DNA of 64,000 bases from Botryllus schlosseri (lineage: Eukaryota), in the NCBI GenBank assembly GCA_051294905.1, contig CM119381.1:21824001-21888000 (forward strand), in the 5' to 3' direction. Within the stretch, counting starts at the first letter, position 1. Every line of letters starts with the position of its first letter. The position numbers and the translations under genes were made by a program. Positions 54,801 through 64,000 of this stretch are shown one piece after another. Under the pieces are notes generated by a model. The model was not told the origin of the DNA and ran no database searches. It saw only the letters and a list, made by a program, of their open reading frames with translations.

Positions 54801-56985
54801 TAGGATCAAATGCGCGCCGCGCCTACATTACGGGCGATACTTCGCCGAATTAGCGCGTGAGTTTATATTGACACTTGTGCCTAATGAAAGACGCGACAAC
54901 AATCACGACGGCGAGTCAACAAGATCTCAAACGGATCGCTGGAAGATGACGTGGCCGCGTACGCACGCGCTGATCCTCCAAAACAGAAGGTGGGGAAATA
55001 TCCCCAACTCAAACAGAGCGACAAAGTCTCCTTATGTGCGTAGCGAATTACGGCATTACTGACTCGCTAAAAACCCGACAAGAGCAATACAATACAAACA
55101 GGAACACGGGCTGGGAGAACACAAGTCAGAATCCTATGTAGTCAACGCTTCCGACAATTCATCCTGAGAATGACGATGGGCCTCGTTCGGCCACGAGCCC
55201 AGGCACAAAATCAGTAACGTAGCGCGGTCCACCTTCGAGATACGGCAAAGATCCCGTGTAGAATTTGATAACATGAGTCAAGCAGATCACCTTGGAAAAC
55301 CTTCGTTCCAGTCTACAACAATCAAAATCGACTCCAAGAAACTACACTGCTACGACCTATATGTTTCAAGGTCGTAATCGACTTGATGTGAGTGGCGAAG
55401 AAATAACTAAAGGTCCACGGTCCACTGTCCAGTGCTTTCGTAAATAAGGCGAGAAATTCATCACCCTTAACAGCCCAGGTGTGTAGGATATTGTAAAATG
55501 CTTTCCATAGGTTCAATAACGCACCGACGTAACGCGGCTCCCACAAAAGCCATCCAAAGGAAACACATCGCCACAAATCTTCGACACAGCATTGTACGCG
55601 GGCAACTTTCGACGAACTTGTGTACGTTGCGGACAATCATCAGTGACGACACACTGTTTGATAAGGGTTTACCGGGTCTCCGCATGTTTGACATCACACG
55701 TCACAGCCTACATGACCAAAGTACGTGTGGAAGGGATTTTAATATCCATCCAACTGAGGCGTGGAGCGGGACGCCTCCGTTCTGATCACGGCCGATTTAT
55801 TTTCCAAAGAGATTAAGGCACGGGAGCGCGCCGGCGTTTTCCATTCTCGCCCGAACCCTTCAATACATCTCATCACAAGGCATTGTGTGTGGTCCCCGGG
55901 CTTTTCAACACAAAACGCGAAGTTAACAATAGGGAACTAAGAAAGAAAAGTATATTACATTATCTCGAGGAAGTCGTTTTCGCCTGCCGCCAAGTCTCTG
56001 TATCATTTCGGAACCAACTACGTTTTAAATAAATCCCATGCAGCCCGAAGGCTGGCGAGGGGTCGCCGAAATTTTCCAGCCTGTAATGATGTGAAGCTGT
56101 TCGACCACCGACGACACGCATGCCCCGGATTAGAAAGATTAACAGTGTGATCCGAATTGCTGACATGACTTAAATCGGCAGGGGTCTCTATGGATGATAA
56201 TCCGAAAGGGAATTTGCATATCCGAGTCTCGTACACCAAACATACATTAGACTGATTAGAGTAACTACTATTTTCAGGAGATTCATGCAAGTATAGCCAC
56301 CTTGTCCAAGGCGTGATAATTGCGGACAACCGATGTCAAAACGGACCACCGAAGTCGCTATCCGCGAAAAGGTCGCCTCCGATTTTATGGTGTCACACGC
56401 GATTACAAGAATCCCTAATTCGACGCGATTAAAAGCAATCTCTCCACGACAAAGTACGAGTCCCGCGCGTTCCTGCTTTACTGCATGCGCCGCCGTGACT
56501 CATTTCGAGCGTTCCGCGCATTTTAGGAGATGCATATCATATCGGATGGACTCCCCTCGCCCGGCGAGTGAACAAACACAACCCTACACGATATTTAAGC
56601 GAAGCTTGTTTTACCCCACACATCATCTAGCCATTCGGCTGAAAGCGGTCAGAAAAAAGGTCACCTCGGATGGACAGGGGAGTCGAATTACCAGCCGGTG
56701 CAGAAAGCGTGACCGAGATTATACAAATTGCAGACGAAGCGGCTTGCTAACTTCAAACGGCCTCCATATAGCAAATTTTTTGCTTCTTCATCTTTACTCA
56801 TTTTCTCCGCATTCCAAACCTAACGTGGGCGACTCAATTATATATCAACCGGGACAGGGAAATTGGACATACATATAGCGAAATTTGACATCACATTTTT
56901 GCCCAAGTTCTTTGTTATGAATATAGAGGTAATAATAAGCGATTCCAGTAGATATCATTGAGCCACATACGGCAAAGATGCATAC

Positions 56986-57179
56986 TGCTAATTTTTCTGG
57001 GTCATTGGATATGTAACAGCGTTACGTGCCAATCCAGATCCTATGGAAATGACCTATGTACACTGGGTACATACATATCGTACTAATTGCTAATTTTTCT
57101 GGGCCATTGGATATGTAACAGCGTTACGTGCCAATCCAGATCCAACGGACGTGACCTGTGTACATACATATCGTACTAA
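56986..57179 (+). repeat. Two-copy tandem duplication, unit ~102 bp
   Basis: TGCTAATTTTTCTGGG(T/C)CATTGGATATGTAACAGCGTTACGTGCCAATCCAGATCC... starts at 56986 and 57088. Confidence 0.92.
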
Positions 57180-57329
57180 GGCTTGGAATTCTCACGTTCG
57201 ACAACCGTGTTTACGCCACACACCGGAAAAAACATGAAATTCCACATTGCCGAAGCCAGCATAGAAACAACGATCGTCCTCACACAACCACAGGAAATTG
57301 ACGCGGGGGCCCGCTATGTTTTCATTTAC

Positions 57330-57344
57330 CTTGTGTTTCGGCGA
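57330..57344 (-). CDS. Candidate 15-nt alternative microexon of EHBP1 (TCGCCGAAACACAAG)
   Basis: Acceptor cttcgtcttattctag, donor AAG|GTAAAT, branch-point-like TACTGAC at 57405-57411. Length is a multiple of 3 and the phase-1 reading (V)AETQ(G) is open. No transcript evidence. Confidence 0.3.
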
Positions 57345-57777
57345 CTAGAATAAGACGAAGCGCTTTCTCACGCGATCGCTAGCAACCATCCCCACGATGA
57401 GTCGGTCAGTAAGTGGTTTAATCCAGCAGGGACCCCTTGATCATCGCTCCCGGGTCTATTTGCCCAATTCATTTTCTATGCATCGTGCACCGGGATGAAA
57501 AGGCGGGGCTCGGCCGTTCCCGTGTGTCATAACGACGAGAAATCAGAGAGCCGAAGTGCGAGTCGGTTTATGAAAGCACATCTCCGTCGACTTGTGAATG
57601 TAAACAGCAATTTGCTTCGCTTCGCTGCCGCGAATCAAGAACCGCGTGCCGAGACACGGTGCTAGACAAGAGGAACCACACGGTCAGTTTGCGGTGTTTG
57701 GTAGTTCTTGTTTACGGAAATACAGACTGGCCAGTCGTGCATAGTGGAGCGTCCGGGGAGAACTTATGAGTATTAGG

Positions 57778-58225
57778 CGGAGGTGGTCGGTGACAAAGTA
57801 GAAAGTACTTCTACTGCTGTTGCGGAGTACTGAAGTACGTTTGTCTGCTTGCAATGCCTACTCTAGTGGGTGTTTTTATATGCCGAAACAGTTTTTAAGG
57901 CGCAACTGCTAGCTTTTCACACATTGGCGTAGGGCTGAGCTTGCGCCAATTTCACGAATGCAATCGTCGTGAGAAATGGGTAAAATTGGGGCACCAATTC
58001 ACAGTGTCTTTCGTCATTTTACGTGGGATGACGCACTCTGCGACTTGGAAAGTAGCCCATGCTAAGAGTATTCGGTATCTCGACCAAATACGATTTTTGA
58101 AACTACTTGGGTACTTTTCACCCTTTCAATCATGTTGTTTCGACATGTCTCGGAAATCACTAGCTCTACTTGCCATGTATTGATATTTAAAACGTTACTA
58201 TAAGCCTACTTGAGTACCAACCCTG
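57778..58225. mobile_element. Degraded MITE, AAGTACTTCTAC family, possibly with a nested fragment
   Basis: Starts CGGAGGTGGTCGG...AAAGTACTTCTACT and ends GAGTACCAACCCTG. No TSD. Confidence 0.5.
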
Positions 58226-60147
58226 AATACATTGACCAACTCTGGTATTCAGAACTTGGGTATTTCATAGCAGGCTAGCCTGGTGAGTTTGCCCGGGATT
58301 GAAATGTAAAAGGCGGAACATATGTGCTTGGTAACAAACCAATATCTTCCCTCTCATGGAGAGGTCTAGATATGATATCCAGATGTGACAGAATCTCCAG
58401 TATTAAGCGCTGTCTACCCTTTTTCAAACAACGCCTCAGTCGCTTACTGCGCCAACGATGCATCGTCCGGCGTAATGAGAGCTATTTTCAGTTATCAAAC
58501 AGCGCAGTATCCATTATTCGGCGCTAAGCTGCAGAAAACAGCTATACATGCAACATCGCCTTCCATTAGCGCCTTGCCAAGAAGATTTGAATCTCTAATC
58601 CGACCTGATATGAGAACGGTACGCAAAGGCGAATCGAATCTTGATAGATTTCCAAGAATTGTTGAACGTAGAGAGGTCAAAACGTCCCTCATTAAATCGA
58701 AAATTGAAATTCATCACTAATCTAGTTTCACTCTAGATTCAATTCATAGGAATTCCATCGCGCGCATTTTAAAGTTAGTCCAAGAAGCAGTTCGCAACTA
58801 TGTCCACCGACGCCATCTAGCGGTTGGCGTAAAACGCGGTCACTTATTACGAAATAACACACATCGACAAGCACTCGATTTCGTTTTCAGTCGTGCGGCG
58901 TACGGCCACGAATCGACATATCACCGACACCGAAAGCACTTCGTGTTTGACACCTTTGTAAACAAAAGATAAAAGGCTTCAAAACCGTGTTATCAGTGGC
59001 AAGACCAAAGAATTGGGACCCGGTTTTTCGGCGACGATTACCGCCAATTAGCGTTATCTCGGGAGCGGGCGTCTGCGACCGTACAGTCGTTGGCACGACC
59101 ACATGATAAAATCTTAAAAGCGTCGGATGAAGGTCGAGATTAGGGTACGTGTCGGGGTATGATTGAGTCTTTGCAACGCAGTCGACATTAAAATGGCGAA
59201 CTGATGCATTCGATACCACACGAAATTCTCTCGGAGCTAAATTTTGACTGCGCATAAACGCAAGTTTTATAAGTAGATCCAATGCGGCCACGCGATATAT
59301 TGATTTAGATATCAGTGTGAATATAACGTATCGGGTAAAAGGATGATTATATCACATCGGAAAGTTACACGAAGAAAACCGATGACTTCACAAAACGCGT
59401 AATTTTTGTTCTACTCAAGTCCGGAGCCGACATATACGAAAATAACCGGGATCGCCGGACCGGGAAAGGGTTAATTTTACGGCGCGGTCTCAAATGCCAT
59501 TTTTTCGCCGCGGGATCGCGCGGCTAGTAACAATTTAATCGCGGAAAAATACGATAAGGAGTAAATGGCCGCACTCACGCGATCGGTAATTGGGCGCGGA
59601 ACGAAAAAGGGACGCCAAAAAAATAGGTGTTATCCGCCATTTTGTTTCTAGCCAGCGAGAAAACTCAAAAATCCATGCAATCGCGCCAGGGAGACTCACG
59701 TTCGTGCCAACATTGCATTGGATATATCCGTGTTTCACGGACATCTCAACGATGATCAGAAAAATTGCCAGAAATCGGAAGGTACACGGGCACGCTGCTA
59801 TGAATAACTACAGTGACTTTCATATTACGCAAAAATCACAAACATATTACTGCTTAGCTTTTGTAATCTGATTATAGTACGCAGCGTGCGGAAAACAACA
59901 TTGGTCCATCAGAAATACCACACTTTCACACTGATCACAGCAGATTTGTGGCGACAATTGTCATAATGATCATCGCGTAACGGCCAGAACAACAAAAAAT
60001 CGTATTATTCAAAACTGCATCCGCGGTACCTACCAGCAATTCGTACGCACGCAAGCTGTCAGGCAAACCGTATCTGCATCTCTTGCGTTAAAATCCATTG
60101 AGAATAATTCCAGATATCGCGTCACACGCGATGTAGCACGACACCCA

Positions 60148-61001
60148 TAATCCAACAGCAAGGAAGCATCTGACAGCCCCGCACACCTTTCCCGCATTGG
60201 CAAACCACAACTCTACATCGTGTAATCAATCCCGGCCCGATATATACTCGGGTAGCATCCGTAATCCGTCAGAAAATCCTCATGAGATACCTTCGCACGA
60301 AATTTGTAAGGCGCATCTTAGCGCGGATCCCAGAAGGCCTAATCCGACTTTCTCTGACATAAATACCTTCCCTTTTACCGTCGCGTCACCCACGACAAGG
60401 CCGGGCACGGCCGGAGCGGCTGCGCAAAATCCCATCAGCCCTGTAATCTCGCGCTTTCCATTAAATCTGCGATGGCATTATGCGCCTTTCTTCGACTCAG
60501 GTGGTTATTTTGTTTGGGTTTTTGCCCGGGAAAAAAAGATTTGCGTCTTCCCCCGGCTTCATTTTGTCTTAATTTTTAATCTGGCGATTACGGAGAATTA
60601 TAGGATTCAGTTTTCAAGGCCGCGACGCAGTGTTCCCATCGTTTCCGAAATACAGTTTTTACAAATCGATTTCTCAAAGACTCTCAAGCCTGTCGTGAAA
60701 CATAGTGATCAAACGTTAAAAACAACACGTCGGATGATTGAAAATACATCAGTTTGGCATCAAAAAACGATCCGCTTCGAATAGCAGTGTCGCCGGGATC
60801 ATGAAATGAATTCAGGGGTTCGGACGGTGGTTTTGATGATTTTGTAGCAGGGTTTGTATGTTGTGACACCTGTAAGGCGATAAGGAGATGAAGGCCGTCG
60901 ATAGCCGGCAGAAGCCGGATTATCCTTGACATTGCGCGTCTTCCATTGATAGGAATCGTGTAGTTAGTGTTTCGTCATAGGCGAAATTCGATGACGGATT
61001 A
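60148..61001. promoter_or_regulatory. Candidate intronic enhancer with clustered TAATCC sites
   Basis: TAATCC/GGATTA at 60148, 60262, 60340, 60917 and 60996; TAATCT at 60444 and 60577. Confidence 0.35.
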
Positions 61002-63559
61002 ATATCAAACGCGCGCGCCGAGCCCTGGGTTATAATCAATAAGTATTGGCTTAGTAAGATACCACCAACTGTGTAGTACATTGACTTTACAGTTCCTATT
61101 GAACTTCAGCAATCGAGATTAGTTAATCTCATTAAACCGTGGAGCTAAAGCACGACACGCTATTGCTGAAAGGTGAAAAGCTTTCGAAATTGAGTAAACG
61201 TTTCGGAAATTAATAAAAAGGCGGCACATGAAGACTCGACACAACGGCGAACTTGTTTCGCAGCCAAGAGTTTCACCGTAAAAATAGTTTCCACCCGATT
61301 TCTCGAGTTAAACACATCGGCCCGTCGCAGATTTACGATCGTAATCGCATAATAATTCGTACCAAACCTTTTAACAAATCGGGTACATCCTTTTACTTGT
61401 AAACGTGGTTGCCATCGACATGGATCAAATTTCAAGGACAGCCAACAATTCCGAATAGCCTAACGACGGAATTTGGGTGCTGATTACTGAGAAAGGTCGC
61501 CACTTTCGCGCAGGCCTCTTCATTAGCAGTCGGAGTGCAGTTATAAGTGTTCGTGTTAGTGTGGCTTGTGGCCTGTGGTGAGCACTGAGAATAAGACCAA
61601 GGTCGACTCTAGAATCCATACCTAAGCGTTGGGGGTTTATCTAGGCTCCCCGGCAGATGCGGAATCATAATAAAGCATGACCGGCCTGGTGTAAATAACC
61701 ATCGCAGTCGAAAAACACCATGAACGCCACAAGCAGCAACGAGAATAAGCCAAAATCAAGACAAATGTTATAAATAAGGACGATGTAGATTTGAAAACAT
61801 AGCCCTTCAAAATAGACAGATCTTGTAAAGAAGGACGGTATGGCAAACCTACCCAATGCCCATGCAAGTTATTTGTGGGAGAGGAACCACAATTAGCCAG
61901 AGAACAACCAGAAGATGGAGAAAACTCGAAAACCATGCCCGGACACCAATCCAACAGTGTCAGTCAAAGGGTAACATCGACGCAACCAATTGACACGCTA
62001 TGCATCAAAAGACGGCGGTCGTTACCACCCTTTCACGTTGTCAAACGCTTGACAACACAGACAAGACAAGAATGCCAACGCCAACGCCGCAAAAACGCAT
62101 CCAGCCCACTGCGCCGCGCCGGGCGCGGTTTTCCAATCCAAAAATACGGGTGGCAAGCATCAGACTACGCGAGTATTGTCTCAGGTAATCCCTTAATCGG
62201 CTTAGCCGCGCGCAAAAGACTTCGTAATAAATTGAAGGGGGGTTACCGGATCGGGCGCGAGCGTCGTTACTCTCCCTGGGGGGCAAAGAAATCTCGGTAG
62301 TCGGAATACGAACGGACAAGCGAAGCGTTCCGCGAATCAGGAGTTGGCAAACGACGGGCTGCGCGCCCACGATCTCGGCCGCCATTTTATCTGCGCACAG
62401 ATCGCGTAAGCCGGCCGGGGAACTGCCAATTACTGTCGCCCGGACGCGGGGAATAAATTCGCGAGACATAGCCTCATAAATAAATAAATACGCGGCCCCG
62501 ATATAGGCATACCCGGGCGCTTTCTTAACAAGATCAAAAGGGCCACGCCTCGATGTTGCGAGTCGATAAAAAGCGTCGGGAAGACGCCGCGTCTGGATCG
62601 CGGGTATCGTACATATTTCAAACGAATTACAAGTCTATATGGATGTGATTGAAACATGTAGTTTTCAGCGTGTCAAATGAATTGGATAATACCTATCACG
62701 GAAGATCACGACCATCCTTCCCAGGACTGTATTAACAAGGTCCCAGAGGGGATCTCGCGTGGGCGTTACGGGGATCTTGCTCCCGTCAATAATACCAGAT
62801 TATGAACAGTCCGAAATCGATCTATTTCAGCCGCTAATTGTGTTTACAGGATTGCCAGTATCGCTTATGAATCTCTGTAAATCCCAGACGGACAGATATC
62901 GTGAAGCACATGCACGATTTCATCGCTACTATAACTTTATTTCAGAGGAAAATACCTTATTCGTTAAAAAAAAGTTGACAAAAGGAACCACTTTCGTGTC
63001 ATTGTAAGCACTTCCACACCGCGACAAAGGCGACAGGAACCGCTGCTTTGTTGGCGTCGCGTGTCTGAGCTGATGTGCCGCGACAATGTCCAGAGTGCAT
63101 ACTTCAGATGGGGCTAGAGGGCGTCATTTTTGGACACGTCCATTAGGACGGGTGCTGTTTCTGATGCGCTAAGCGCCACAAAATCCCCGCATGCCTTCTC
63201 TTTACATCGCCCAGGCCCAGATGGGTGTCTGCTTTCAAAGACTACTCCAAGTGGTTACGAAACCTCTCTACCTTTTCATTGTATCGCAGTCTTGTAGTGT
63301 ATTGAAATGATTAAATTACTAATAACGAGACCCTGATGCTGTAGCGAGTGTTAGCAAGGTCCAGAAACATTTCACGCCGAAGCGCAATGCTCAAGTACGC
63401 CGTAAATATGCAGTCGATTGCAGAGCATGCGCATCGTGCGGAAAGTTGGCGGATAACGACCGCATCCTGACCGCGATCCAATCAACTTTCCCGCCAAAAC
63501 ACCATCGCGGCGCGATATTCGAATGAGCGAATGTATAATGTATATACTTAGCCCGCGTG

Positions 63560-63595
63560 AGATAAACGGATTATCTCCCGGATATGACGCCGGAA
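63560..63595. promoter_or_regulatory. Candidate GATA+ETS composite element
   Basis: AGATAA-ACGGAT-TATCT-CCCGGATATGACG-CCGGAA: two or three GATA cores and three (A/C)CGGA(A/T) ETS cores in 36 bp. Confidence 0.3.
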
Positions 63596-63781
63596 ACTGC
63601 GCGGGTGCCCACGCCGCAAAGACGAAACGGGGTTCTTCCTCGAGAAACCTGGCCTCCGCGCGAAATCGCGAGAAGCGATTAGGGTGGTCGCGGAGGCGAT
63701 TTATTTACGCGTTCAACGGAAAGCAACAAACAGATTACCGTTACGAGGGTGCGTCTCCGACTTTGCGGTGTGTATTCTCTA

Positions 63782-63870
63782 CAGAGGTGGTCAGAAACGA
63801 AGTACTTCTACTTTTTCGGGACACTGAACTGGGTTTCGTCTACTTGAACTAAATACCCAAGTACTTGTGA
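63782..63870. mobile_element. Fragment of the AAGTACTTCTAC MITE family
   Basis: CAGAGGTGGTCAGAAACGAAGTACTTCTACT matches the starts of the 57778 and 42139 copies. Confidence 0.45.
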
Positions 63871-64000
63871 TTTTAAACTAATTTCAATTCTAATCAACGG
63901 TTTTCAGATTTTGACCAAAACTAGGGTACGTATCATTTCACTTAGTTGGAAATCTGCGATCGCTACGACTACGTTACTTCTAAGCCTCCGTCTCCAAGTC

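Noticed and set aside
56333-56878. 181-aa plus-strand ORF
   Set aside because: Arg/Ser-rich composition typical of CpG-rich non-coding DNA; no motif recognised.
59455-59474. AGGG-TTAA piggyBac-like end
   Set aside because: No matching TTAA-CCCT left end found nearby.
60197-60784. Longest ORF (195 aa, plus strand)
   Set aside because: No recognisable domain, antisense to EHBP1, no convincing exon structure; a length this size is not far beyond chance in GC-richer DNA.
60700-60889. Strong minus-strand acceptor (ccttatcgccttacag) opening VSQHTNPATKSSKPPSEP...
   Set aside because: No good donor before the stop and no phase fit to EHBP1.

Overview
This is animal genomic DNA (spliceosomal GT-AG introns, many DNA-transposon MITEs). 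A marine invertebrate such as a tunicate is a guess from style only. I found no rRNA, tRNA, CRISPR array, homeobox or intact transposase, and almost all ORFs in the supplied track look spurious. The one identifiable gene is the 3' end of an EHBP1 orthologue on the minus strand. Four exons (43198-43303, 40819-40892, 35411-35525, 34676-34769) splice in frame into a bMERB/DUF3585 Rab-binding domain ending in the prenylation box CVVM-stop, followed by a ~730-nt 3' UTR with AATAAA. I could not find the next upstream exon (bMERB helix 1), so the intron above 43303 probably exceeds 20 kb. The intronic right half (~37-64 kb) is CpG-rich and holds mostly degraded repeats. It carries local clusters of K50-homeodomain (Otx-type) and GATA/ETS motifs plus a candidate frame-preserving 15-nt microexon. 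This fits an Otx-Ehbp1-type genomic regulatory block, but that is inference and Otx itself is not in the window. The left half (1-33 kb) has no recognisable gene and contains many hAT MITEs (five with perfect 8-bp TSDs) and a decayed pogo-like element with a PHD-finger remnant.
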